NCBI GenBank assembly: GCA_017511375.1
Contig: JAFWKJ010000018.1
Coordinates: forward strand, 1,312-65,311
DNA: 64,000 nt
Direction of reading: 5' to 3'
Source of the DNA: Bacilli bacterium
Lineage (GTDB): Bacteria; Bacillota_I; Bacilli_A; RF39; UBA660
Shown: positions 1 through 9,894 of the stretch, piece by piece
Position numbering within the stretch: position 1 is the first letter of the stretch
Layout: every line of letters starts with the position of its first letter
Translations under genes and position numbers: made by a program
The notes under the pieces: generated by a model
Told to the model about the DNA's origin: nothing
What the model saw: only the letters and a program-made list of their open reading frames with translations
The model's database searches: none

Positions 1-296
1 TTTCCAAGGATTCTTTTTAATTGACGAGAAATCTCTTTCATTTGACTAATGTCTTCATAATCACATAAAATTCCTCTTGGGGCATATGCAATTTTATTTT
101 TTCTCCATACTTCTTTATAGATAATGAGTGTTGCGCCCACTAGTTTGTTGTATTCGTTTACAAAGCCTAGGAATTGGCTATGATATCCAAAGCGAGACAT
201 TACCATTCCATACATAGAGGTTTGGTGGTAATTTCTATATCGATGATTGGATGCAAAACGATCAAATTGTGCTGGTGTAAGTTTAACTATTTTCAT
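1..296 (-). CDS. FemAB/MurM-N family peptidoglycan bridge peptidyltransferase, 5' part (runs off window edge)
   Basis: Not in ORF track. Hand translation from ATG at 296 gives MKIVKLTPAQFDRFASNHRYRNYHQTSMYG...KIAYAPRGILCDY, open to position 1; the Q-T/S and YAPRG motifs match the FemAB paralog at 38826. Confidence 0.85.
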   Translation of the reverse strand, partial: MKIVKLTPAQFDRFASNHRYRNYHQTSMYGMVMSRFGYHSQFLGFVNEYNKLVGATLIIYKEVWRKNKIAYAPRGILCDYEDISQMKEISRQLKRILG

Positions 297-442
297 CCCT
301 AGCCACTTCCTTATTCTAGTTCATTATATCACAGGTTGTATTTTACTTTCAACAATGGGATGTAGGAAAATCTCTACAGGCTTTTTTGTTGCTTTTTCTA
401 TGTGTTTGTGATATTATATTGTTGTTATGACGGAGGGAAACT

Positions 443-658
443 ATGCAAATTGCTTTATTAATTATATCTATTTTATTAATTATCATTGTTTTGCTTCAGG
501 GTGCAAAATCTGATGCAGGTCCTCAAATTATATCAGGTGGGCAAAGCGAGTTATTTATGAATCGTAAAGAGAGAGGGTCTGAACTTGTTATTACTAGAAT
601 TACGATGGTTTTAGGATTTGCTTTCTTTGTACTTTGTTTAGTATCAATGTTTATTTAA
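443..658 (+). CDS. secG: Preprotein translocase subunit SecG
   Basis: Two TM segments, VLLQ..K and GG.SELF..RK.RG.E motifs; canonical position before rnr. Confidence 0.95.
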   Translation: MQIALLIISILLIIIVLLQGAKSDAGPQIISGGQSELFMNRKERGSELVITRITMVLGFAFFVLCLVSMFI

Positions 659-675
659 GGACTTCGGTCCTTTTT
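657..675 (+). terminator. Intrinsic terminator after secG
   Basis: AAGGAC-TTCG-GTCCTT hairpin followed by a T run. Confidence 0.75.
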
Positions 676-736
676 CTTTTGAAAAAGACTAGTTATATAT
701 AGAAAAATACATTATAATATAATCGAGGGTGATACG

Positions 737-2848
737 ATGAGGGATGGCATTTTAAATGTATTAAAGAATTCTGATAGAGCGTTAGATATTTATGAATTAC
801 AAGATTATTTAGGAGTTTCTACTCCGGAAGAGACGAATGAATTATTAGAGGAACTACGTTCGTTGGAGGATGAAGTGGTTCTTTATCATACGAATAAGGA
901 TAAATACATGTTATTGGAGAATAGTCACTTACGAAAAGGAATCATGAGAGCTAATAAAAAAGGATTTGGCTTTGTTGAAGTAGATAATTTAGATGATGAT
1001 GTCTATATCTCTCAAGATAACATGAATGGGGCGATTCATGATGATGTTGTATTGGTTGAGATTACCAGTAAGATGAATATTGATCGTTTAGAAGGTAGAA
1101 TTCTACGTATTATTGAAAGAAAAATAACCAATTACGTGGGAACTATTACCTTTGATGAAAAGGGCGTTGGACACATTAAGTTAGATGATAATAAGATAAA
1201 ATTAGAGATTGAAATTCCAAAAGGGAAGGCAATGAATGCAGAAGATGGACATAAAGTGGTGGTTCATCTAGATAAGAAGATGAATAGTTCTGGTCGTTAT
1301 GAAGGAAAAGTGGTCGATATTATTGGTCACGTAAATGATCCAGGAGTAGATATTCTATCTATCATCTACAAATATAATATCAATGTTGATTTTCCTGATG
1401 ATGTGAAAGAACAACTTAAGAGTATTCCTATGGAAGTATCTGAAGAAGAAATGAAAGATCGTAGAGATTTAAGAGAAGAAACCATTTTTACGATTGATGG
1501 GGATGATACAAAGGATATTGATGATGCTATTAGTATTAAAATATTAAATAATGGTCATTACCAATTAGGGGTTCATATTGCGGATGTAAGTTATTATGTT
1601 CGTGAAGGATCAGCTCTTGATAATGAGGCAATGGAGAGAGGAACCAGTGTTTATTTGGTTGATAGGGTAATTCCTATGCTTCCTCACGAGTTGTCTAATG
1701 GAATTTGTTCTTTAAATCCAAATGTAGATCGTTTGTCCGTTTCTTGTGTGATGGAGTTTGATGGGGCTGGAAAACAACTTGATTATGAAATATTCCCAAG
1801 TGTTATCCGTTCTAGGATTCAAATGACTTACAAAAAGGTTAATAGTATTTTAGAAGAGAATAAAGTCCCTGAAGGATATGAAGATTATGTGGAGGACTTA
1901 AAGTTAATGGCCGAACTTGCGGATATCCTTCGTAAAGCTAAAGTTAAGCGTGGATACATTGATTTTAATGTAGATGAGGCAAAGATACTTGTTGATGAAA
2001 ATTGTGTCCCTATGGACGTTGTTTTAAGGGATAGAGGAACAGGAGAAAAGTTAATTGAGGACTTTATGATTGCGGCGAATGAATGTGTTGCGACACACAT
2101 CTATTTTATGAATCTACCATTTATTTATCGTATTCATGAAACTCCTGAAGAAGATAAGATTCGTAGTTTCTTAGGATTTGTAAGTGGTCTTGGATATCAT
2201 GTCGAAGGAGATTTGAAAGATTTAAGACCAATTGCTGTTCAAAAGCTTGTTAAACAATTAGAAGATAAGCCTGAATATAAGATTCTTTCTTCTTTATTGC
2301 TTCGAAGTATGAAGAAGGCTATCTATAGTCCTGAAAATTTAGGACATTATGGTCTTGCGAGTGATTGTTATACACATTTTACTTCTCCTATTCGAAGATA
2401 TCCAGATACAACAGTTCATCGTTTGCTTAGAACTTATTTGTTTGATGGACATGCTGATATGCAAACAGTTCATAAATGGGAAGAAAAACTAGTATATGTG
2501 GCTGAACATTCTTCTGAGAGAGAAAGAGCTTCTGTTGATTGTGAACGAGAAGTAGAGGATATGAAAATGGCAGAATATATGGAACAACATATTGGAGAAG
2601 AGTTTGAAGGAATGATTTCTTCTATTACTAGTTTTGGTATGTTTGTGGAGTTAGATAATTTAATTGAAGGGCTTGTTCCTTTAAGAGATATGGATGATTT
2701 TTATCATTTTGATGAAGAACATTTAACTTTAACAGGGGAAAAGACCCATGAGAAATATTTAATTGGAGAACGTATTGTAGTAAAGGTTGTAAGAGCCAGT
2801 AAGGAAGATAGAACCATTGATTTTGAAATAGTAAGAAAGGTTAAGTAG
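737..2848 (+). CDS. rnr: Ribonuclease R
   Basis: Cold-shock domains (KKGFGFV), RNB catalytic TIDGDDTKDIDDA and HFTSPIRRYPD, C-terminal S1; secG-rnr-smpB context. Confidence 0.97.
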   Translation: MRDGILNVLKNSDRALDIYELQDYLGVSTPEETNELLEELRSLEDEVVLYHTNKDKYMLLENSHLRKGIMRANKKGFGFVEVDNLDDDVYISQDNMNGAIHDDVVLVEITSKMNIDRLEGRILRIIERKITNYVGTITFDEKGVGHIKLDDNKIKLEIEIPKGKAMNAEDGHKVVVHLDKKMNSSGRYEGKVVDIIGHVNDPGVDILSIIYKYNINVDFPDDVKEQLKSIPMEVSEEEMKDRRDLREETIFTIDGDDTKDIDDAISIKILNNGHYQLGVHIADVSYYVREGSALDNEAMERGTSVYLVDRVIPMLPHELSNGICSLNPNVDRLSVSCVMEFDGAGKQLDYEIFPSVIRSRIQMTYKKVNSILEENKVPEGYEDYVEDLKLMAELADILRKAKVKRGYIDFNVDEAKILVDENCVPMDVVLRDRGTGEKLIEDFMIAANECVATHIYFMNLPFIYRIHETPEEDKIRSFLGFVSGLGYHVEGDLKDLRPIAVQKLVKQLEDKPEYKILSSLLLRSMKKAIYSPENLGHYGLASDCYTHFTSPIRRYPDTTVHRLLRTYLFDGHADMQTVHKWEEKLVYVAEHSSERERASVDCEREVEDMKMAEYMEQHIGEEFEGMISSITSFGMFVELDNLIEGLVPLRDMDDFYHFDEEHLTLTGEKTHEKYLIGERIVVKVVRASKEDRTIDFEIVRKVK

Positions 2849-2852
2849 TAGT

Positions 2853-4070
2853 ATGAGCGGTACAAAGAAAAAAAGAAAAATTAAAAAGTTACCTCTAATT
2901 ATAATACTAGTAGTATGTCTCATAGGCGTATGGGTACTGGGTGGTTATATCTTGATGAATCATACAAGTTTCTTCTCAAAAAAGACAACAAAGAAAAGTG
3001 CTGTCGAGAAGAGAGTGGTGGTTCAAAAAGAAGACGTTGACTACGAAGCGAAAGTATTTATGGTAGGAGATGCCTTGATTCACTCTAGTATATATATTGA
3101 TGCGAAACAAGATGATGGGTCCTATGATTTTAAACCCATGCTTCAATATATCAAGCCTATTGCTTCTAAATATGATATTGCTTATTACAATCAGGAGACG
3201 GTTCTTGGAGGAGCAGATTTAGGATATTCTAATTATCCTCGCTTTAATACACCAGATGCTTGTGGAGATGCTTTTATAGATGCTGGATTTAATGCCGTGT
3301 CTCTTGCGACAAATCATACGATGGATAAAGGAGAAGTGGGTGTTCTTCATTCTGTGGAGTATTGGAAACAACATCCAAATGTTGCCGCTTCTGGACAATG
3401 GTCTAGTTATGATGAAAGAGCAGCAAGTGTTGCGAAAGTATATGAAGTAAACAATATTAAATATGGTTTTATATCTTATACCATTTGGACGAATGGATTA
3501 GAGACGCCTTATGGAAAGGATTATTTAAATAGTTTATATAGTCCTGAAAAAGCACAAGCTGATATTGCTTCTATTCGTGATAAGGTGGATTTTGTGATTG
3601 TTGCTATGCACTGGGGAACTGAATATGCTTGGTATGTGGATGCGAAACAAGAAGAAATTGCTAATTATTTATCTGGGTTAGGTGTTGATTTAATCATTGG
3701 GGCTCATCCACATGTTGTTCAAACCGTTGAATACATCAATGATGGAAAAACATTTGTTGTCTACTCATTAGGAAACTTTATTAGTGATCAATTAGATGTT
3801 GATAATTATACAGGACTTGCGATGGAGGTCACATTAAGAAAACATATTGGTACGGATGGAAAATCCGTTAATAGTGTAGTGGAACCTAAAGCACAATTAA
3901 TTTATACAACAGTAACCCAAAGAAGAGGGTGGAGTTCTGATTTTAGAGTAAAAATGTATCCTACTTTAACAGATGATGAACTTAGAAATCATGATTCTCA
4001 TTATGAGAAGTATAAAGCGATTGTGAATCAAAGATATCCGGAATTAACTTGGGGACTTACTTGGGAGTGA
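2853..4070 (+). CDS. CapA/PGA_cap family metallophosphoesterase-fold membrane protein
   Basis: N-terminal TM; VGD, YNQE, LATNH..D, HWG.E, GAHPHV and YSLGNF motifs. Confidence 0.9.
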   Translation: MSGTKKKRKIKKLPLIIILVVCLIGVWVLGGYILMNHTSFFSKKTTKKSAVEKRVVVQKEDVDYEAKVFMVGDALIHSSIYIDAKQDDGSYDFKPMLQYIKPIASKYDIAYYNQETVLGGADLGYSNYPRFNTPDACGDAFIDAGFNAVSLATNHTMDKGEVGVLHSVEYWKQHPNVAASGQWSSYDERAASVAKVYEVNNIKYGFISYTIWTNGLETPYGKDYLNSLYSPEKAQADIASIRDKVDFVIVAMHWGTEYAWYVDAKQEEIANYLSGLGVDLIIGAHPHVVQTVEYINDGKTFVVYSLGNFISDQLDVDNYTGLAMEVTLRKHIGTDGKSVNSVVEPKAQLIYTTVTQRRGWSSDFRVKMYPTLTDDELRNHDSHYEKYKAIVNQRYPELTWGLTWE

Positions 4071-4074
4071 TAAA

Positions 4075-4512
4075 ATGGAGATAATTAATAGAAAAGCAAA
4101 GTTTGATTATTTTATTGAAGAAGAATATGAAGCGGGAATTGTTTTAACGGGAACTGAAATTAAATCTGTTCGTAATGGTCATTGTAATATTAAAGATTCT
4201 TATGGTATTGTTCGTAATCATGAGGTTTTTCTATTAAATATGTACATTGGTCAATATCGAGAAGGGAATATTTTCAATCATAGTGAAACAAGAAGTAGAA
4301 AATTATTACTTCATAAGAAAGAGATTAAAAAGTTAGAACAAGCTATAGATACCCAAGGACTTACTTTAGTTCCTTTAAAGGTATACTTTAAAGATAATAT
4401 TTTAAAAGTTTTACTGGGAGTATGTCGTGGTAAAAAGAACTATGATAAAAGAGAGTCCATGAAAGAAAGAGATATGAAAAGAGACGTTGAAAAGAATTTA
4501 AAGAGATACTAA
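4075..4512 (+). CDS. smpB: SsrA-binding protein SmpB
   Basis: NRKAKFDY, EAGIVLTGTEIKS, RKLLLHK and GKK.YDKR motifs. Confidence 0.98.
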   Translation: MEIINRKAKFDYFIEEEYEAGIVLTGTEIKSVRNGHCNIKDSYGIVRNHEVFLLNMYIGQYREGNIFNHSETRSRKLLLHKKEIKKLEQAIDTQGLTLVPLKVYFKDNILKVLLGVCRGKKNYDKRESMKERDMKRDVEKNLKRY

Positions 4513-4576
4513 ACAGGTCTCTTTTTTTTGTAGTCTCTTTTCAAAATGCTCATTTTATGGTATAATATATGCACAT

Positions 4577-4958
4577 GGGGCTGATTTGGTTTCGACGGGA
4601 ATATTTGAGCATAGATGGCAAGTCGAGTGACTACGTAATAGTCAAAAAAAAATAAATGCAACAAAATTAAAAAATGCTATAGCTAACATGTTTGGTACTC
4701 GCCAAGCTGTTGCTTTTGCCTAATATAATTAATAAGGCTAGCTCTTCTTCTGTGTTTTAACCTAGAAGCACTTTAGAGGATCAATTTTATAGGTTATAGC
4801 TATCCTATGTCTCTAGGATAGAAAGAATTTTAAGACTAGTATAGTAACTTGGTCGTTAACTACTTGGTTATTATGCGAATAGTATTAGTTAACTAAGCTT
4901 GTAGAGGTTTATGTAGCTTTATTTTCGGACAGGAGTTCGATTCTCCTCAGCTCCACCA
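4577..4958 (+). ncRNA. ssrA: tmRNA; tag ORF 4658-4723 encodes ATKLKNAIANMFGTRQAVAFA*
   Basis: 5' GGGGCTG...TTCGAC, 3' T-arm AGGAGTTCGATTCTCCT and CAGCTCCACCA acceptor with G3-U pair; directly after smpB; extended -10 TGGTATAAT at 4558-4566. Confidence 0.97.
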
Positions 4959-4992
4959 ATTGATATAAACTCGTATTTCGAGATTCATATAT

Positions 4993-5019
4993 TACTAACT
5001 ATGATTAGTTAGTTTTTTT
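4993..5019 (+). terminator. Intrinsic terminator after ssrA
   Basis: ACTAACTA/TAGTTAGT inverted repeat followed by a T run. Confidence 0.75.
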
Positions 5020-5088
5020 ATGCTCTTTCTTTCTTTTTCTAAATGAAGTATAATATCTATATAGAGTAGGAAAGGAGTATGAAGGATT

Positions 5089-6399
5089 ATGCGAAGAAGT
5101 AAAAAAGACATATTATTATTTGGATTTTTCATATTTGTTCTATTTTTGGGTATAGGTTATGCTTTTTTAAATGCTTCTTTAACTATTAATGGCACAAGTA
5201 GTTTTAAAGCTGGTAATTGGAATGTTTATTTTGATAATGTTCAGGTTACTTCAGGAAGTGTTTCTTTATCGCAAGGAGACTCTGCTCCTGTGATTGATTC
5301 AGATACAAAAACGACTGTATCTTATACGATTTCTTTAAAGGAACCAGGAGAATTTTATGAATTTACCGTAGATATTGTGAATGATGGATCCATTGATGCC
5401 ATGATAGGCTCTATTTCGAGTAAGTTAAATGGAACAGAGATTAGTGTTTCAAATCCTATTCCATCTTATTTAAGTTATGAGGTTACTTATATTGATGATA
5501 CACCTATTGCGGTATATCACTATTTAAAAGGTAATACTACTGAAACATACAAAATAAGAGTATCTTATAAAACAGATATTGGTGTAAATGACTTACCATC
5601 AACTGCAGCTAATTTATCTTTCCAATTTGGAGTTCGTTATATTCAGGCAAATAGTAATGCCATTAATGTACCACACGCAAATTTTTCAACAGATGATTGG
5701 TCAAGGATTATAAGGTTAGTTCAAAAAGGAGTTACTAGTTATTATAATGTTGGAGATACCAAACAAATCACTTTAGGAAATAGTTTAGGAACGCATACTG
5801 TAAGAATCGCAAACAAATCAACTCCTGCGGAGTGCTCTACACAAGGATTTTCCCAGACAGCATGTGGCTTTGTCATAGAGTTTGCGGATGTCATCACAAC
5901 TCACAATATGAACTCATCTAATTCCAATGCAGGAGGATGGCCAGCATCTGCGATGAGAACATATCTGAATGACACCAATGATTCTACTAGTATTATTAAT
6001 TCAATACCAGAACCATTAAGAAGTGCCATCATAGATACATATGTGGTATCGGGTTATGGAAGTACTGAAGCGAATAATTTTCCATCAACTGATAAACTTT
6101 ATTTACTTGCAAGTCATGAAATATGGGAAGATGATGATGGAAAGCCGAATTCTGGAATAAGTATTTCAGATTCGGCTTACAATCAAACAAGACAATTAGA
6201 TTATTATGCGGAATTAAATGTTACAACAACCAATTATTCTAAAGCATGTAAAAAAGGTGGTGGCAATTATGCTTGGTTGCGCTCATCTTATAAATCTTCT
6301 GTTAATTCGTTTTATCTACAGAATATTGTTGTGGGTCGTTCAGACTGGGGGAATGCTTCTAACCCTTACAGAGTATCGCCTGCCTTTAAAATTGGATAA
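5089..6399 (+). CDS. Exported protein with C-terminal DUF6273-like domain
   Basis: N-terminal hydrophobic signal ending IGYA; beta-rich N domain; GGW..S.MR.YLN, DKLYLL and WLRS...VSPAFKIG motifs. Confidence 0.7.
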   Translation: MRRSKKDILLFGFFIFVLFLGIGYAFLNASLTINGTSSFKAGNWNVYFDNVQVTSGSVSLSQGDSAPVIDSDTKTTVSYTISLKEPGEFYEFTVDIVNDGSIDAMIGSISSKLNGTEISVSNPIPSYLSYEVTYIDDTPIAVYHYLKGNTTETYKIRVSYKTDIGVNDLPSTAANLSFQFGVRYIQANSNAINVPHANFSTDDWSRIIRLVQKGVTSYYNVGDTKQITLGNSLGTHTVRIANKSTPAECSTQGFSQTACGFVIEFADVITTHNMNSSNSNAGGWPASAMRTYLNDTNDSTSIINSIPEPLRSAIIDTYVVSGYGSTEANNFPSTDKLYLLASHEIWEDDDGKPNSGISISDSAYNQTRQLDYYAELNVTTTNYSKACKKGGGNYAWLRSSYKSSVNSFYLQNIVVGRSDWGNASNPYRVSPAFKIG

Positions 6400-6455
6400 T
6401 TGTGTATTATTAACTTACTAGATTTGTTTTGTAAGAAATAAGGAGAAAAATAGAT

Positions 6456-7301
6456 ATGAAAAAAATAATGTTTCTAATTCTATTCTTTGGTGTATTATGT
6501 TGTAGTATTCCAGTATTGGCAGCCCCATTTTATTATTATCCAAAAGAGTATCAGATTACGATTCATAATATGGATAAAGAATCAATTGATTCTATTGAAC
6601 TGATTTATGATACAGGGTGTGGATTTAATTATACAGATAATCCAGAATGGCGTTATTGGATAGAGGGTACTGATTTTGGATATCAATATAAAGATTCTAA
6701 AGATGCGGATGTTATTCCTAAACTTTCTACCAAACAAATTGATGAAATTGCTAGATTATATCTAAATAGTGATACTGCAAGTAAAATAAATGGTTATTGG
6801 ATAGATGGAAAAGAAATACCAGGTATGCACGGTTCTATCAATAAATTTACAATTAATGAAAACACTAAAATTTATTATGATAATCAGGATATTGTTGTTT
6901 CTTATTCTGCTGATGAAGACAATTTTGCTTATATTAACAAAATGGTTCTTAGAATTCAAATGAAGGATCAAGATGTTGTTTATTCTCCTACGATTTCTTC
7001 TCAATATATTTATATTGTGGATGAATATAGTACAGAAGAGGATATAAAAATAGCAGAAGAGGTTGAGAATACAACAGCTGTATTTGAAATTGATTATTCT
7101 AAAGATAAGAATCAATTGGATGTGAAAGAAATAGAAGCACCTGAGAAAAAAGAAGATGATCTCCATAAAAAGGATCAGATGGGTGATTCCAAAAATGTTT
7201 CTTTGTTGATAGGAGAAGGAGTGCTTATTCTAGGGGTTTTGTTTGGCATCATTTTCTTATTAGTTTGTAAAAGAAGAAAGCCTGAGAAGGTTGTAAAATA
7301 A
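6456..7301 (+). CDS. Hypothetical surface protein (signal peptide, C-terminal TM anchor)
   Basis: 281 aa ORF with AAGGAG RBS, signal peptide, terminal hydrophobic helix and basic tail. Confidence 0.75.
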   Translation: MKKIMFLILFFGVLCCSIPVLAAPFYYYPKEYQITIHNMDKESIDSIELIYDTGCGFNYTDNPEWRYWIEGTDFGYQYKDSKDADVIPKLSTKQIDEIARLYLNSDTASKINGYWIDGKEIPGMHGSINKFTINENTKIYYDNQDIVVSYSADEDNFAYINKMVLRIQMKDQDVVYSPTISSQYIYIVDEYSTEEDIKIAEEVENTTAVFEIDYSKDKNQLDVKEIEAPEKKEDDLHKKDQMGDSKNVSLLIGEGVLILGVLFGIIFLLVCKRRKPEKVVK

Positions 7302-7356
7302 GAAGCAATAATTGCTTCTTTTTTTGTTTTAAATTATACTTATTATGGTGATTGTT

Positions 7357-8994
7357 ATGAATCTTATTTATGTTACTACGATTATTAATGAAGAAACGAA
7401 TGAGGAAATATTTGTTTTTATTGATTTGGAAACAGGTAAGAAATATTTATTCAAAGATAAAGATCATACGATTTCTTATGAGAATGAAGAGTTACTTACA
7501 TTATTGAATCAGGATGAGGAATATGATTTAAAACAATCTACTGGAAAAAAAGTCATAGCAATTAGTGGAGTTATCAATCTTATTTCTTTATCAGCTCTTG
7601 GAATTAGTTTAGTAAAGGAATTATCTAGATCGAATTTAGATTATGTATTAAATAGAGAGGTTCCTGGGTATGAGATTTCTAAAGAGATTGATCTGAATGA
7701 TTCTAGAAACTTTATTCAGGAATTTTCTAGGAATGTTTCTATTAATAAAGATTATACTGACAAAGAAGCTTTGGTACTACAAAATGGGGGAGAAGACTTT
7801 TTAGAGGATTGGGCTTATTTGTTTTCTGAAGAAGAAAGAGAAGAATTATTATATGGAATTAGAAGTTTTAAAATTGATAGAAATGCCCATTTAAAGTTAC
7901 CCGTTGTTGGAACTTATTATGAAGGAAAGATTAAAATTGATGAGGACCATCATAATATTTTAACAACTACACATGAGGTGATTCATGGGCTATTTAAGCA
8001 TTCTTCTAAAAAGGTTCAAAATATGGCATATGGGTTTAGTAAGGCGATTAAAGAGGCTATAACTTCTACCATTAATATTCATTATTTTCAGTATTATGCA
8101 GAACCAGAAGAAGAAACGGCTTATCAATTCCCTCGGGAACAATTATTTAAACTATCGTTACTGGTGGATAAAGAAGATATTATGAAATGTCAGATATCTC
8201 ATGATACGGATGTAATTCAATTGGTTTGTGATGCTTGTCCACATGTTTCTAAAAAAGAGATTGTTAGATATTTTAGTATGTTGGATGCTAATGCGACTGT
8301 TAATGGGATTAAAAAATATCATTTGAAAGATGATTATAAAGAGGAAATGGATGAAATTTACAGAAAAATGTATCTAGATAAATATGGAATAGGATTACCT
8401 AAAGATCTTGTTATAACATCTGATGACTTCTTATCTGATATGATTGAGTTTTATTGTACTTCTTATCCTTGTATATATGAACTTCCTAAGGAAAAATTTG
8501 TGACGGTCGAGAATTTTAAAGGGCTTCATCCTAATGATGTTGTTGGCTATATTCTGCGTGATTATGAGCCATTGTTGTTATTGTGTGACGAAAAGGAAAG
8601 GGATCACTTTTTAGAAGACAGTGAATGTGTTGACTACTTGTATAATAAGTATTATAAGATGGGTTCTGAGGAGGTAGATAAATATTTGCAATGTTTAATG
8701 CTACATGATGATAGTTTTCGGTCTTTTTTTGAGTTATATGTTAAAAGTTTAAATGAAAGAGATTTGTCCTCTAGTGTTTATATTTCTTCTTTAAAAACAG
8801 GAATTGATATGTTTTTTCAAAAGCAAGATGGAGATTCTTCTGGTGATCAAAATCGAATGATGCATTATAGAGAGTTAGAATCTATTCTTGAAAGTTATTC
8901 CTCTCCTGAAATTTGTGAGGCGTTTTCTATGTGTTTTACTACAGATTTAGAATTTCAAGAGGATTCATCTTTGACTGTTGGTAGAATAAAATAA
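7357..8994 (+). CDS. Hypothetical membrane-anchored protein with HExxH zinc-peptidase motif
   Basis: Long ORF (track start 7345; RBS favours 7357); one hydrophobic segment; THEVIH plus downstream KEAIT. Confidence 0.6.
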   Translation: MNLIYVTTIINEETNEEIFVFIDLETGKKYLFKDKDHTISYENEELLTLLNQDEEYDLKQSTGKKVIAISGVINLISLSALGISLVKELSRSNLDYVLNREVPGYEISKEIDLNDSRNFIQEFSRNVSINKDYTDKEALVLQNGGEDFLEDWAYLFSEEEREELLYGIRSFKIDRNAHLKLPVVGTYYEGKIKIDEDHHNILTTTHEVIHGLFKHSSKKVQNMAYGFSKAIKEAITSTINIHYFQYYAEPEEETAYQFPREQLFKLSLLVDKEDIMKCQISHDTDVIQLVCDACPHVSKKEIVRYFSMLDANATVNGIKKYHLKDDYKEEMDEIYRKMYLDKYGIGLPKDLVITSDDFLSDMIEFYCTSYPCIYELPKEKFVTVENFKGLHPNDVVGYILRDYEPLLLLCDEKERDHFLEDSECVDYLYNKYYKMGSEEVDKYLQCLMLHDDSFRSFFELYVKSLNERDLSSSVYISSLKTGIDMFFQKQDGDSSGDQNRMMHYRELESILESYSSPEICEAFSMCFTTDLEFQEDSSLTVGRIK

Positions 8995-9021
8995 TGATAT
9001 AATATCTATAGGAGGTATATT

Positions 9022-9822
9022 ATGGAGATGTTATTGGATTTACTTGAAAAGGCGTGGTTTACTAAATTACTTCATTCTATTTTAATTATTATTCTCAGTA
9101 TTATTATTTATAAAATGATTATTTATTTTTTAAATATGAGTGAGAAAAAGGCTTCTGCTAGTTTACGTGTTACGAACAAGGGAAAGACATATATGTCTTT
9201 ATTCAAAAGTATTATTCGTTCTGTATTTATTGTTTTAACGGTTTTAATGTTATTACAAGTTTATGGAATCAATGTTAGTTCTGTATTGGCTGGAGTCGGA
9301 ATCTTTGGAGTTGTTTTCGGACTTGCGATTCAAGACTGGTTGAAAGATATTATTCGTGGAAGTAGTATTATTTCTGATGAATATTTCAAAGTGGGAGATA
9401 TTATCAAATATAATGATATGGAAGGAAAGGTACTTGTTATTGGATTAAAAACGACTAAAATACAAGAATTAAAAACGGGTAACACAGTATCGATTGCGAA
9501 TCGTAATATTGATGAGGCCGCTCTTGTTTCTAAGTTGGTACATGTAAAAATTCCTGTACCATATGATGTTCCTGTAAAAAAGGCAGAGGCTGCTATTGAT
9601 GATATTGTTCAAGCAATTCAAAAGAATGAACGTGTGGATCAGTGTAGATATTTAGGAGTAACTGAGTTAGCAGATTCTAGTATTGATTATTTACTTGAAA
9701 TTGAATGTAATCCTCTTCATAAACTTCAAATTAGAAGAGATGCACTACGCGCTATTTTACTAGGATTAGAACAACATAAAATTGAAGTTCCATTTACTCA
9801 GATTGATATTCATAATAAGTAG
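9022..9822 (+). CDS. Small-conductance mechanosensitive channel (MscS family)
   Basis: Three TM helices; GLAIQD...G, FKVGD.I, GKV..IGLKTT and I.NRNI motifs. Confidence 0.93.
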   Translation: MEMLLDLLEKAWFTKLLHSILIIILSIIIYKMIIYFLNMSEKKASASLRVTNKGKTYMSLFKSIIRSVFIVLTVLMLLQVYGINVSSVLAGVGIFGVVFGLAIQDWLKDIIRGSSIISDEYFKVGDIIKYNDMEGKVLVIGLKTTKIQELKTGNTVSIANRNIDEAALVSKLVHVKIPVPYDVPVKKAEAAIDDIVQAIQKNERVDQCRYLGVTELADSSIDYLLEIECNPLHKLQIRRDALRAILLGLEQHKIEVPFTQIDIHNK

Positions 9823-9894
9823 ATAATATTTGCACATTGATTATTTGATTTATTCTATTTATTATGTGTTATACTTTTTTTAGAAGGTGATTAT

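Noticed and set aside
2853-4070. TGA-to-Trp recoding as in Mollicutes
   Set aside because: TGA ends genes just before the next start (4068-4070, 44565-44567) and conserved Trp residues use TGG.
2853-4070. Polyglutamate capsule locus
   Set aside because: No capB/capC nearby; solitary CapA-domain genes are common.
4930-9021. Prophage or island attachment site at ssrA
   Set aside because: No second copy of the ssrA 3' end and no integrase seen.
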